From Podarcis gaigeae (taxonomy: Eukaryota): 64,000 bases of DNA. A model generated the notes under the pieces. The model was not told where the DNA came from. It saw only the letters and a program-made list of their open reading frames with translations, and searched no databases. This document shows positions 11,457 to 24,964 of the stretch, piece by piece (position 1 is the stretch's first letter; every line of letters starts with the position of its first letter). The stretch is taken from the NCBI GenBank assembly GCA_964106915.2, contig OZ066916.1; one strand, given 5' to 3'. The position numbers were made by a program, and so were the translations under genes.

Positions 11457-13794
11457 GTACAGTACAACATAGAACATTATTGATTTTGATTATATTATTC
11501 CCACCATTTTTTTGGCCTCAGGGACTTGGGATAGATATCTTCAGGCTTAAAGTGGGGAGGGGATGTGCATGCATTCCTCCCTGTGTCTGCCACCTCCACT
11601 TCAGACCTTCCAGGGCTGAGAAGGAATGTCTTTAGGAAAGGTCTAAGCATATTCAGGCAAAATCCTGAAGAGGGCTTAAACAATCAGAAATGTCTGCATG
11701 GGAGTTAAATGTTGCTCTGAACCCAGAGTATAATTGTTTATTTATTGAACTGTTTGTAGCATTATAATTTGTCAGAGGGAACTAATGAATGTCAGGTTTT
11801 TCATCATTAAGGTATGAGTACCTCTTTTGTAATTTGAGTGTTAGCAGCAAATTTTTACATTTGACAGCACCCTCACAGTTTAGAACGTTTGATATTGTAT
11901 CTTTTCCTTCTTCTAAGAAGCTCAGAGTGGTAAGTTAGTCTCACATCTATGCTGGGAGCAGACTCTCAAGAAGGCCTGTTTCTATTTCTGAGATGTTTCT
12001 TATTCGGTTCTCCCCCCACTCTTCTATCTGCAGAAGAATGGGTTTTGGGTTATCCCCCTTTGTCTCACTGTGGAGAGAAGTTAATTTTCTAAATCATAAA
12101 ATCTGACATTCTCCCATGGTGAAGGGAGAAAGAAATGGGTGCAGAAATTCAAGGTCCACTCCCAATTTTTCCCTGGATAAAATCATTGGGGAGAATATAT
12201 CAACTCAACAGTGTTGTGGGGGCTTGCCAAAAAACATAGAGAAATGCTTCATAGCAAGTGGGTATTTGAATGGGCGCTTCTCACGTATGAACTTGACACT
12301 CAGATATCTGCATTATGCTAGCTTTTGGTACAGATGAGGAAGACTGCAGCTTGTGTGTTTCCTAGTACCGTGAATAATTTGGGCATTGGAATTCTGGAAA
12401 ACTGGGGAATGAAAATTCATTCCATTGTTCTTGAATGCTTTTGATCCCCCTACATACTAGCTGTAGAAGGCTTGGAATTTCCTTTCCATGTAGTGTGAAT
12501 CTGCCCTGCTTATTGCACAATATGTGGCTGATTAACCAAAATTCCATGTCCTGCGAAAAGGACCTGAAGTTGCTTACTAGGATATGATTTTGCATTGGGT
12601 TTGGCTACTTGATAATAGAATCTGAGTTGAATTGCTAGTAATTGATCTCAATTGAGTACAGCCAACACTTTCTTTTTTGATCAAAAATGTATTATCAGGC
12701 CCAGCTTTTAGAAAATGAATGAAGCAACAAGAGTAATAGATATAGAGTATTGATGATTTAATTTTCTAGTTATTCTGTGCTTTTTTGAATTGTTTCTGTT
12801 GTGTAGACTTATTAAATTGAATATGCAGGTGCCTGTTCCTCCCTGCCCTGGATTTTAAAAGTTTAAAGTGACATTGGATTTTTAGAAATTCAATTCTTTT
12901 CTCTCTCAGTTAGACAATAGTTTCTTTTTTATTAGTTTAGAAGCTTGCATCAGCATTTTGTTTAGTTTATGCCCAAACTTTGACAGCATGCTTGGTTTTT
13001 ATTGTAGTTTATTTGATTTCATTGTATTGCAGGCTAATCCATATTTCTGCCTTTAGAATAGTTTGTGTGTATGCACACATGTACACTATCTTCTAACACT
13101 TTATTGATCTGCTCTTCCTTATTTTCCTGATTTCACATTTGTCTCATGTTTTTCTTTCTTGCTTAAGTCTTTTAAGTTTGTCTTCCTGCCTGTTCTTGGC
13201 AACTTCTGCTTGAATCAACAGAAGCTCAAAAGTACATTATATAGGGAGCCAATTGTACTGTAAAATGACTAGGACTTCAGATTCTGGTCTTGTCCTGTCC
13301 AATTGGCTTTAGTACAGCTTTATGTGAAGGAAAGCTCTGATTGTGCTAGCATCAGCTGCAGAGTGAGCACATGTCCTATCCAGGCAGCAAACTACTGATC
13401 AGGAAATGGGGAGGAGGGATGCTTATTTTTCATAAGTACTTGTGCAGCTGGTGCACAGGTGGCAGTATTACTCCAAGAGCACCGGCAGATTTTAAAAGTG
13501 CATCTGATCCTTGGCTAGGTCTTTGAGGCACATCTATAAGTCCCCGTGCAAAGATCTAAAATCAGATTATAGGCAAGTATAATATAAAGACTGTCCAACT
13601 TGAAAGCATTTCTTTACCAAAAAGGAGTTGATAGCAATTCTGTAATGTTAAAGGCTCCTCTGTTTTTGCTATTCCATTGCTGGCAGAGGTTTTTTCCCTT
13701 GGTGTTGATTGCTTTGTCAACTTTCTGGCAATTTAGGACCTGGGGATGCATCTCAATACTTGTGTTTTTAAAAAGGTATGTAATTCAGGGTGCG

Positions 13795-13990
13795 TTATAT
13801 TTATAGCCCACCCTTTCTCCCAAGATCTCAGGCATACATGAAGTTTCCACACCTTTATCCTCACAACAACACTGTGAAGTAGATTTGGTTGAGAGAGTGT
13901 GATTGGCTCAAGATCACCTAGGGATCTTCATAGCTGAGTGCAGTTTGAACCCAAGTCTCTGTGACCCAAATTTAACCTCTCTACTAGACT
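13795..13990 (-). mobile_element. Degenerate tRNA-derived SINE (Squam3/MIR-like)
   Basis: cctcacaacaacactgtgaagtag...gattggctcaagatcacc...tttgaacccaagtctc pattern. Confidence 0.55.
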
Positions 13991-14899
13991 ATGCAGTTCT
14001 TCTTCACATTTTACTTCCATGGAAGGCACTGAATGAGGAGGAGTAAGATTACACAACTGCCAACAACACATGGCCACGTTAGTTCTGGTGTCATCATTTT
14101 GAGCATCAGTGTCTGTAGAGGAATTTGTATGCCTAAGCAGCTACTCATGTATAGTGGTTGCTTTTAGACACATACTCTGTGGTTGATTCCAGGGATAGTT
14201 CTGCCACTTCTGCATGAGAGTGGTCTTCATGCAAATGAATTGTGTATCCTGTAGAAACTTTTTTTTTTAAAAAAATGTAAGACTTCAAGTGTCTGATTTA
14301 TAATTAGGAATGTGCCTTGATGGTGTCTCAATTACCTTGAACTCCATAGAATGAAACTTGCAGGCCATGTTCCCTTTAGAAGTAAAGTAATATTATTTCA
14401 CCATCATTTTTCATGATTTATATTTCTGTAATGTGTGTTGAGGTGTTTGTGTGCAACAGAGCACTTTAAATTGCAGCTGTTTTTGTTCTAGCAAGAACAA
14501 AGTCGGGGCATTCTGATGGCAGTACTACAGAAGAGTTAGTGCTTAAATTCCAACCTAATCCTTGTTTTGTACATTTGCCTGAGTAGCAACAGTTGGTTTT
14601 ACTTTTTTGGAAAGGTTCCTCGCTTCTATATTTCAATCCAATATCAGTTCAATTGTCTGCCTCCACTGGCTACTCTTGCTCTTCTTTCCATTCTTCTATT
14701 TTCCTATTACTTTCACCTGCCAGCCCACACTTTGAACCTGATTCCAATGTTCTCTGTGGTAACTCACAAGAGCTTCCTACAGGTTTCTCTACCTTTGAGA
14801 AAAGGAAGTATCAATGTGGCACAGGAAAACAATGTAATACATAAATGTTTGTTGAATTCAAATGCACTCAGAATAAAGTAGTCACAGGAGTAGCTAACA

Positions 14900-14990
14900 T
14901 GTTGCCATACAGCTGTAGTTGGACTACAGCTCCCATAATTGACCATTAGCCTTACTAGATAGGGCTGTTGGGAGGTTGGAGTCCAGGTTC
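14900..14990. mobile_element. Degenerate short palindromic MITE (GGACTACA..TCCC family)
   Basis: ggactacagctccca ... gggaggttggagtcc inverted arms; related copies at ~40814-40935 and ~57460-57560. Confidence 0.5.
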
Positions 14991-15600
14991 TAGGGTGCAG
15001 CATGCTGGCTACCTTGGAAGTAGAGTAACCAAAATAAAATTGAATGAATGTTTCTCTGGAACGTTGGAAGCTGTTGCATACTGAGACCATTTTGCTATCT
15101 ATTTCTCACTATGGTCGACATACACTTGCAGGCTGTGACTCTCATCTTGAAACTCTGCAGAATCTTTCCTTATCCTACCTGGAGATGCCAGGGCAGAACT
15201 TGGGACTTTTCGGATGCAAAACTTGTTCTTTACGACTAAGGTCCCTCCCTAACTGTGTCTTTGATCTGTGAAAGGTGAAAGCTATAGATGTAAATTAGGA
15301 AGGTTCCAGTTTGCACTAGTTTTAACTATACCCTAATTGTGCAGGGTGATTAATAATCCCTTGTTTGTTACTGTGGTAGACAATGGGGTTTTCCTGATAG
15401 CAATCTGGTATTTCAGAATGGGAGGCTTAAAAAATGTGTGTGTGAACATTTTGGGTGTTGAGTGTCATGTGAGCAGGCTGGTGCAACTGGACTTCTCCTT
15501 CCTCTCTTCCCCCTGCAGCCCATCAAATCTGTTTTGAAGGATTTTTCAACCCTTGTTCTGGTTCTGGTGTTGTGAACTATGTCATGCTTTGTCTTAGGTG

Positions 15601-16098
15601 CAGAGGTTTTCAACCTTTTGGGGTCCATGGCTCCCTTGACTAACTACATTCTTTCTGTGGCATCCCTGTGGGGCTCAGGAGCCCAGCTATGTCATCCCTT
15701 GGCTGCAGAGCTGGCAGCCTCTCACCCCTTTTTGAACACCCTCCTTTGAGTGTTCCCTCAGCCTCCTCTCTTCTTCCCTCTCCTTGGGAGTCCTCTGGGC
15801 AGCCGCAGTTGCCACCCTTGGTCTCTGAGCTGCCCCAAAGAGAGGTGCCTCCTCACACTGCCCCACAAGGGCCTGGGAAGCACCCCCTGGCCAGCCCCAG
15901 AGGCACCATTCGCCTGGGGAGCTTGTAGCCAGGGCTGCTGCAACGAACAGCTGTGCAAGCCTTTGGGAGGCAGAGATGCAAGAGGGCATCAGAGGACGGA
16001 GGGAAGGAAAAAGGGACAGAGGCCAGTGTTGCCCATGGCACCCCTGACTATCATTTAAGGCACCCAGGATGCCATGGCACACTGGTTGGAAACCACTG
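15601..16098. mobile_element. hAT-type MITE
   Basis: Ends CAGAGGTTTTCAACC / GGTTGGAAACCACTG; imperfect cttagg-containing flanking duplication; GC-rich interior. Confidence 0.75.
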
Positions 16099-17719
16099 CC
16101 TTAGGAGATTGTCTGACCCTGGACTCATGTTCCATCTCCTCAGTTTAACCACAAGCTGTAAACCAGAAACAAACCATGGTTCCAGCTCATGGTTTGTCTG
16201 GACTGAGACAAACTGGGGTTCAGACAGTATGCTAAGCTAAACTAGACTTCTGCCAGTAGGTTCAGAGAAGGAGCAAAGTGGCCACAATCTCCTTTCTGGA
16301 AGCCCACACACTGACACTGACACTAAGCTATGGTTTGGCTTAGTGTTCTGTGCAAACCTAGGAACTGTTGGATGTCAGCCTTTATCTGCTAGCTGGCCAT
16401 TCATTCTCCATCCCACCCTCCCAATCCATAATTGTTATCATCATGAAGTTAGATTACAAGTATTATTTGTTTTTCCTAAGAATTTCTGTAGCGTTTTATA
16501 TTACTCATCTTTCCCTGATTTGCCTTCCATTTTTCATTGCATTCTGGCTTTTCTCTTATCTTAACTAATGGCTCCTACAGTGTTTCCTTTAATGGCTCAT
16601 CTTCTCATTTCTGTTTCTGGCATCCCTTAAAGTGGTTTTCTCCATTATCTACTCTTTTGCCGAATCTTATATGTGCTCTAATTTCTTTGAACTGCCAGCA
16701 CTCATCTGATTTTGCATTCTTCTGGTTTCTAGCCAGCCTCTCCCTCATGATTCAGCTTCATCCCTGCATTGTTAGAGCAGCTTTTTGGCTTCTGCTATTT
16801 ATCCTTAATTGACTTTCTCAAAAAGTTAACCTGCTTCTAATAAACTTATTTCTATATCCATTAACAATTTCTCATTATGCTGTCTTTAAGACCGGTAAGC
16901 TTCTTTTCTGCTGCTGTGCTATGTGACTCTTCCTAATTTTGCTTTTTCTCTCACCTTAATCTCAGACTAATCTTCTGAGTCAGCCCCTCTCTCCCTCTCT
17001 CCTGCTCTTGGTGTGCATATGTGAAATATAGAAATGCATTTTATTTGGTTTTAAAATTGATGGCCATAAAGGAAGATCAGTTCAGAACTTCATTTTACCC
17101 TTCCAATGTGTGCTATCATGTGGTGAACAGATGCATTCTGTGTGAACTAAAAGTTTAGTTCTAAAAGATGGAGAATTGTATACTTTTTCACATTCTAACT
17201 TCTTCTGGTAGGGAAGTGTATTTGATCATTATTAACAGGAATGGCTTCCTTACCCATTCCATGCTGTTTTCCCCTGAATGTGAGCATCTGCCACACAAAC
17301 ATCTCTATCATATTGGGCTTGTGTATTCATCCCTCTTCTTTTTCCACATGTCCAAGAAGAGAATTTCTGCTGAGTTTTCTTTCTGTTTTAAAGAATTTTG
17401 GCTTAGCCTTACATAAGAGCTAGTAATCCTGGTTTAAAAATTGTTAAACAAGTCAGCTTTAAACCATGGTTTATGAACTTGGCTTGTTTTAACTAACCTT
17501 TGTTTTAAATTAGAATTCTTGGGTCATTTGTATTGCTAAGGCAAGATTCTTTGAAATGGAAAGTAAATTTGAGAGAAGTCCTGCTCCTGGGTGAGGGATG
17601 AGCATACAGGCCCAGACTTGTCCATGTATGCTTTAGCATCACATGTGAACTAGCCTTTTGAATTAAAGGAAGCTTTCCTATGTAAATGGTGAATCAGTTT
17701 GATTTCTCAGATATAAATA

Positions 17720-18090
17720 TTTACACTCTACCTACAAAATACAGATGGGGCTCATCAACCTTGGAAGGTAGCCCATCCAGGAGAAGTAAAATTTTGATCC
17801 TAAACTTCCACTGCCTTGCAGGACGTCTTCAGGAGAAAAAAAGGCTAAGGAGTAAACTCTGCACAAATCCGGAGTGGAGTCCATATGATTTGTTCGCTTC
17901 CTTCTGGCATCCTCTGGCCAAATGTATTGCTCTGCTTTTATTTGAACCATACCAGCAAGGTTGAGAGTGGGGTCTTGTTGTCTGGGCTGCCCAGGACCTC
18001 CATATAAACTAACCAGGCTTGCGCCCTGAGAAGGTCACTTCGGTGCTTCCAACATAGTGATTTGACTTCACCCCCAGAAGCACACTCCAT
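17720..18090 (+). mobile_element. Degenerate retroposon fragment (family uncertain)
   Basis: gggctcatcaaccttggaaggtagcccatccaggagaag...aggtcacttcggtgct resembles a squamate interspersed repeat; recognised from memory only. Confidence 0.35.
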
Positions 18091-19697
18091 TGTCTCTTGA
18101 GACATATGTCAGCAACAACAACCAGACACAGGCATTACATTTTTACCTGCTGAAAACAAAACTCCTAGTCTGCCCAGAAGCTGTCAGACTTCGCTTTGTT
18201 CTATTAATCATGGTCTCTTCATCTTTCTTTAATGCTTGCTTCTTTTGTGAGAGTAGGGCTGGACCAAGGCAGAGTAAAGCAGAAAAGAGCAACAGTGGAA
18301 GGAAGAAAAGACAAAATTGACCACTGAAAAGGTTCTTATGTCCTCATACTTAAGCTGCAATAGGTTCCATTGATAGGATTGCACTGTTAATAGTGCAAAA
18401 TGTCATAGGCTCTTGCTGGCAGACTTCATATGGGAATATTTAAGAGGCATTCCCTTTGTAGGTAAAAGAAGAAAGCATGCAAAATGTATTCAATGAGATA
18501 AACCAAATTCAGGGCCTGGTTGTAAAAATGAAATAATACTCCAGTTGTAAACGAACCACAATTTAGTGGTTAGATTTGTACCATTATTTAGGAAATATAT
18601 CAAGAAGCATCAGTGGGAAACATATTTTCATTCAGTAATTTAAATGGGGCAACGGAAGAAATACATTTTTGGTATCTCGTATTTTCTGGAACCAATATGA
18701 CAACAGCTGTCTTTATGATTGCCTCATCCTCTCAGATTTCCTTTAAATGCAATGTTTTCAGATACTTTAAAAGTGCTTTCTCTCCTCCTACAGAGGCATC
18801 ACTCTTTTTAAAATCTTTCTCACTGCATCAAAGTTGTTTCTGTGTGCTGTTTCTGCTTATGTCTGAGTATAACTTCCCTATCCATTTAGCTGTGTCTTTG
18901 AAGCTGCCTTCCATTGTTGTCTATCTTTTTGATCATAATGTCTTCTGTGCCATCTGCAAAGAATACATTTCAGACATGACCTATCTCTTTTTCATCTCAT
19001 CTCATGAATGTTAAGTTTTCCCCTTAAACAAGCATTCAGCAATTTGTGTGTGTATTTATATCTATCTAAATTGCTAGATACTTATAATTAAAATATTTTT
19101 TGCCAAAATCATAAGCAGACAAAGCTGAATGTATGTAGTTGTGAAATAATTTTAAAAGCATAGTATAAATTAGCAGAAGTGTCATGCTTGTTTTGAGCTT
19201 GCATTTTAAGCAAGAATCATTTCCTTTTTAAAGTTGAACTAGGCATTTAATTTAACCTGCAGTGATTTGTCATTCAATACTTTTCATACTACAATTGCTG
19301 ATTTCTATTTTATTTTTTTAATGCAAAAAGCACATTCCTCTTATTGTTTTAGCTGCTGTGATCAATCAAACATGCAGAATTTGTTTCCCCTGAAGATTGT
19401 AGTTTTGAACAAATTGTGGTGAGTGTGGTTTCATGGCAGCATCCACTCTCAAACTGTGTATAGCATATACTGTACAAACCTACAGAACTAAATGGGGATG
19501 TCTGGGAAGCGTCTTATAGTTGGTTCAATAATGGCATGGACTCTAATGTACTTCAGAATTTGAGAGTCTGAGGTAGTATACCTTCAGGAAGCAAAAAGAA
19601 AATCAGTAGCATGTATGAATGCAAGTTATGAGAATAATTGTTGTTTATATATTTTATCCAATAAAACAATTGCTTCCACCTTATTTTAAGTTAGGAG

Positions 19698-19751
19698 ATT
19701 TTTGGGATCCTGTGCTTGCCTACATTGGCTCCTTATTTGTAGTTTACTTGG
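19698..19751 (+). repeat. 54-bp dispersed direct repeat, copy 1
   Basis: 53/54 identical to 20771-20824. Confidence 0.95.
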
Positions 19752-20402
19752 CAAGTGGTTCCTGATAGAATAAATTGTTAGAGCAAATAAATAAACTGAT
19801 ATAAGGAAGGTATAGAAATGAGGTATAGAATGGTAATGGACTATTTATAGATTTTTATATAGAATGTTCTAATGTAGAAGGCATTGCTTACTAAATTCAT
19901 AGATCACAAGAGCACAGACAAGTCTAATTTCAGTTTTTATGTGACACTCATTAATGCTTCACCAGTATAAATTTTGGCCAGGCTTTCTATATAAAAAGGA
20001 TATTATAAGGTACTTGTTGTATTTATAAAACAACACTTTTAAGAAATGTGCTTCATGGTCTATAAACCAGCTAAGCCAGAATACTGGTATATGTTTTCAA
20101 GATAACATAATACCTTGCAACAAACCGGGCTGAAATGGAGTTGTAGGTAATTGGTTGGGGTAGCTATCATTTATTCTCAGAACTTTAGGTTGCAGTCTTA
20201 ATTCACACTTAACTGGAAGTTTGCCCCATTGAACTCAATGGGACTTACTTCTCAGCAGACAAGTGTAAGATTGCATTGCTAGTGTGCTTGTGTCTTTAAC
20301 AGGATCTGTGACTTCACCTGGAAGCTCTTCTGCCATATCTGATGGCATAAATTCCTCCTGGACTCCTCCCCAGACACTGGAGTCATCTTCAACTTCCATA
20401 TA

Positions 20403-20644
20403 CAGTGGTATCTCAGGTTAAGAACTTAATTTGTTCCGGAGGTCCATTCTTAACCTGAAACAGTTCTTAACCTGAAGCACCACTTTAGCTAATGGGACCT
20501 CCCGCTGCTGCCGCACCACCACCGCATGATTTCTGTTCTCATCCTGAAGCAAAGTTCTTAACCCGAGGTACTATTTCTGGGTTAGCGGAGTCTGTAACCT
20601 GAAGCATCTGTAACCTGAAGTGTCTGTAACCTGAGGTACCACTG
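20403..20644. mobile_element. Tc1/mariner (Tigger-like) MITE
   Basis: TIRs CAGTGGTATCTCAGGTTA / TAACCTGAGGTACCACTG; TA on both flanks; internal TAACCTGAAG repeats. Confidence 0.9.
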
Positions 20645-20770
20645 TACTTTTTGGCTGAAATGCCTACTTCAAAATAAAAAGCAGCCCTGTCTCATTTAAT
20701 AATTAATAACACTATCATTTTTTGATGTGACTCCCTAACTGAGAAGGTGTGGGAATTTTTGAAACTAGAC

Positions 20771-20824
20771 ATTTTTGGGATCCTGTGCTTGCCTACATTC
20801 GCTCCTTATTTGTAGTTTACTTGG
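20771..20824 (+). repeat. 54-bp dispersed direct repeat, copy 2
   Basis: 53/54 identical to 19698-19751. Confidence 0.95.
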
Positions 20825-20956
20825 GGAGCTGCTTTCTCCCCAAGATTCCTGTAGAATCCATAGCACTGTAGTTGGAAGAGACCTAGAGGGGCATCTTCTC
20901 CAGCCCCCAGCAGAAAGGAGCATAGCTACCTGCTCTGCTGCTTATTTAAAGTCCAG

Positions 20957-21456
20957 CAAAATGGAAGAGTAATGAAATCCCCTCTATACAAGATTGGATC
21001 CAAAAGCTGACAGAATATGCCGAATTAGATGGTTTATCAGAAAAAATAAAGAATAAATCCAAACAGGAATTTGTTTCTAAATGGGAGGTTTTCAAAGAAT
21101 ATCTGAAAAATAAATATAGTAGTTTAAATTCTGTTGCAGCATTCGAGGAACTTCAGTAATAGTTGCTAGGTAGAGAGAAGAAATTAGATTTATTGAGAAT
21201 AAGTTTAATTATGAAAAAAATGTGTATTGGCAATAAGTAATTTGAACTTGAAATATGGAATAGACGGGAAGTTGGGTCTTTAGTGTTAAGACCAATAGAT
21301 GTTTTATTGTTAAGAAAATTATGCGTCTATGGTTATTTTTGTAATTTGTGTGTAATTTGATACTTGTGGTTTTGTGTGTGTGTGTGTGTGTGTGTTTTCT
21401 TGTTTTTTCTTGTTGTATAAATAAATATTTTTTTTAAATAATAGAAAAAAATAAAA
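20957..21456 (+). mobile_element. 5'-truncated L1-clade LINE (ORF2 C-terminus, 3' UTR, A-rich tail)
   Basis: Open frame KWKSNEIPSIQDWIQKLTEYAELD...SKWEVFKEYL...*; A-rich tail; TSD TAAAGTCCAG at 20947-20956 and 21457-21466. Confidence 0.8.
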
Positions 21457-23934
21457 TAAAGTCCAGTTAAAAAGCTGCTTCTCCAGCTTCTTGCTCTGAG
21501 GAAACACCTGTGGGCCATTACAGCGAGAATTACAGCTGGTGAACAAAGAGTAGAGCTCTGGCTGATGCATTCCAGAGACTGGAGGCGGGAGAGACGGTTC
21601 TGGATAGGAGGAAATACAAACAGAATCTATTGTGAAGGCAGACAGTGCAGTTTCAGCTGAAGAGCTGAGATCACAAAGTGAACTTGACCTAGTTGTCACA
21701 GAGGTGGTAAAACCATTCCTGAACTGCACTGCTTGACATTATAGGTATCACATAATTGAATTCTGCTCCCTGCAAAAAAATGGACTGCATGTAGAAAACT
21801 AGATATTGGGAAAAGGTGTTCTAGTTTTTGAAACATAGGGGGGAAATATAGGAAAAATATGAATCAACTTTCAGTTGCGTGAACCCATTCTGCACTCTCA
21901 GCGCATGCAGGCTTCTCACCTCAGCGAGCAAAGGCTATTTCTTTGTTGTCCAGCAGCTGTTATTCAGATGCGTGCTGCTTCTATCCTGGAGTCATGACTA
22001 GTAGCCACTGATAGGCATGTTCACGGAGAGTAAGGCTAATCCCCTTTATACAGTGTCTGTATAAAATTGTGGAAAATTGCATACTGCATGAAATGAATAC
22101 TGCACAGGCTATTGCTGGTATGCTTGGGAGACATGTAACATGAAAAATAACAGCTATAACTAAGGATTGTTTGATCTGCATTTCAAAGTGAACTGACCTC
22201 TTGGGCTAATGTGCAAATTGGAATGCAGTTATTCTCCAAATTTTGCAATGCAGTTCTCTGCTTAGAAAACTAACCAAAATTCATATTTTGGGATAAAATG
22301 TTACACTGGGATAGAATACCTTCCAAACTATGATTTTAAAGACAATTTTTGTCCATTTTTTGGTAGATTATACAGAAATAGGGCAGAAAGGATTTGGGAA
22401 TAAATACCTACAAAATTGACATGGACTGGAGATTAATGACTCTGTCCATCCCTAGATATAACCCTTAGGCAGGTAATACTTTATGATGCTCTAGAGATCT
22501 TTCAGCTTCTTATATGTTATAGGAATTATGTTCCTTTCTTAGGTTTACTGTAACTTGTTAATCTTCGTGCATTCAGTGCAGTCCAACGTTGGGAACTGCT
22601 CATGTACTGTTGCCCTAGGATGTGAAAAGAGCTGCTCAATGAGCATCAGCTATGGACAAGTGCTCCCCTCTTTCCTAAGCCGAGGTTTTTGGCAGGAGGC
22701 CACTTATTTCTGAAACTCTTCCACTTAGGCGGACTAGCAGGTTTATTTACTCTGCAAGGGAAAGTGGTCAGGCTTTCTCCAGGAGGCACTTCATGCAATC
22801 AACACTGCTGCTTTGGCATGGATCTGGCTTAGGACCAAATTAGGCATTGCATTAAACATATGGCTGGCTCTTGGATGCTTGGCTTTCCTTTACTAAAAAA
22901 CAGGTGAAGCTGATCCAGATTGGGAACATGGTACGGAGGAGAATGAATCTAACCCTTTGCCCCCGTTATGAATGGTGTATGAAATTAATACTCTTTGATT
23001 TGGCTTATTCCAGAGGGGCTTTCTTATTTTGTACAAACGATTCAGCTTTCAGGGTTTTCATCTGTATGTATTGAAGTGAAATTCATTGTACCTAATGCAC
23101 CAGCATTAAAAAAAACTGATTATGAAATTATTTAACTGGGATGGGCTTGTGAACAGAGAGAGATTGGCTTGTTTTAGTTAACATGCAGCTTATTTTGGAC
23201 TGTACTTTTGTTTTCCTGTTAAGGAGGGGTGTGGAAGAACATTGGTACATATACTTTTAGGAGTTTGGAGCTTATGAAAATAGTATCATATTTTTGCACC
23301 AAAAGAAAATTAGTGTTTTGCTGTTCAGTTTCTGATGACCCAGAGTTGGTCATTAGTGTATTGTGCAACTTTGAAGCAAAACCTCACCTTGTGATTTGCT
23401 CATTTTCCTGCTTTTAAGCAGAGATAGTTGTATGAGGCAATTTTACCCACCCTGGCCATTGGGCTATTATATATTTCCTGTGGAATAAGTGTGGTATCTA
23501 TAGTTTCAGCAGCAAACACTGCCCCTCACAGTGTGTTCTGATGTGATCTTTGTTTGAACAATATTTGGTGGCAAAGAGGACATGATACAATATGTATTTT
23601 GATTTCCTGCACTCAGTGGTTGCTCACTGAAGTGATGGTGCTTAGATTGCTGATAGTGTGTGTGTGTAAAATAGTAGAATTTCAGTTTAATCAGACTGTG
23701 AATTCTGACCTCTATGTTAACTTCTGAACTTCTGAGAGAACTAAGTTTTTAAATATAGTATGTGTACATCTAACTGTATTGGGTTAAGTTTTGAACTGAG
23801 TATCTCACTTTTGAGATACTAAATCTTTCAGTGTTGTGATAGATCCTACTTTGGTGCCTTTCAGTGATGGGGGTGGGATTACTGGCTGAACTACTTAGCA
23901 AATATTACATTAAGAAAATGGTTAAAAAAAATAA

Positions 23935-24591
23935 AACTTCCAATATCATAATGCCATCGTTAAAATCTATTGTGTGACTGCCCTTGGTATACTGTTAACA
24001 GTTCTGGCTACCACACCTCAAAAAAGGATATTGTAGAGCTGGAAATGGTTCAGAAAAGGCCAGCCAAAATAATTATGGGGCCAGAACAGTCTCCCTATGT
24101 GGAAAGGTTACAAGGTGGGGACATGATAAAATTGTATAATATTATTCAGAGAAAGTTGATAGGGAACCGGATCCATCTAAATATTGGAAGATTAAAGACA
24201 GACAAAAGTAAGTACTTCTTTACACAGTGCATGATTAATCTGTGGAATTTGCTGTTTTTAAGTCACATTTTAGTCAATGTTGTATATTGCTGCCCTGAGC
24301 CCGGTTTTTAAACCGGGAAGGGCAGGGTATAAATAAAAAATTATAATAATATTTATTAATATGTGGTGATGACCATTAACATGGATGGCATTAAAAGAGT
24401 TTAGACAAATTTAATGTTGGGGGCAGTATGTCTCTGAATGGCAGTTGCTGAAAATCACAAGTAGTGAGACTCGATTGTGCTCATGTCCTGCTTATAAGCT
24501 TCTCATACTTGCTTTGTCAACGTGAGAACAGAATGCTGGGCAAGATGGGCCTTTTGATTTGATCTATTAGAACTCTTGTCTTATGTCCTTA
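23935..24591 (+). mobile_element. CR1 LINE 3' fragment with a nested L2-like tail (~24254-24360)
   Basis: Degenerate RT C-terminal motifs KKDIVELEMVQKR and KYFFTQCMINLWN; CR1-type 3' end cttatgtcctta. Confidence 0.75.
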
Positions 24592-24714
24592 AGTTGACTG
24601 CTGTGTCCTAGCTTGGCCTAAGACTTCCAGGGAAGGCCTGATGGAAGAAGTAGCACGTATAGAAAATGACACAGTAATGTCCAGAAAAACAGTAGCAAGC
24701 CTGATGGTCAAGTC

Positions 24715-24964
24715 CAGGGGTCAGCAACCTTTTTCAGCCAAGGGGTGGTCCACCTTCCCTCAGACCATGTGGTGGGCTGGACTGTATTTTTTTGGGGGAA
24801 ATGAACGAATTCCTATGCCCCACAAATAACCCAGAGATGCATTTTAAATTAAAGGACACATTCTACTCATGTAAAAACACACTGATTCCCAGACCTTCCA
24901 CGGGCCGGATTGAGAAGCTGATTGGGCTGCATCTGGCCCCCGGGCTTTAGGTTGCCTATCCCTG
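24715..24964. mobile_element. hAT MITE with perfect 8-bp TSD
   Basis: TIRs CAGGGGTCAGCAACC / GGTTGCCTATCCCTG; TSD GTCAAGTC at 24707-24714 and 24965-24972. Confidence 0.9.

Noticed and set aside
15668-16240. Cluster of overlapping ORFs
   Set aside because: Lies within a GC-rich hAT MITE; no transposase motifs
21480-21740. Purine-rich exon-like segment in the long intron (EEIQTESIVKADSAV...)
   Set aside because: Stops break the frames and there is no convincing splice-site pair
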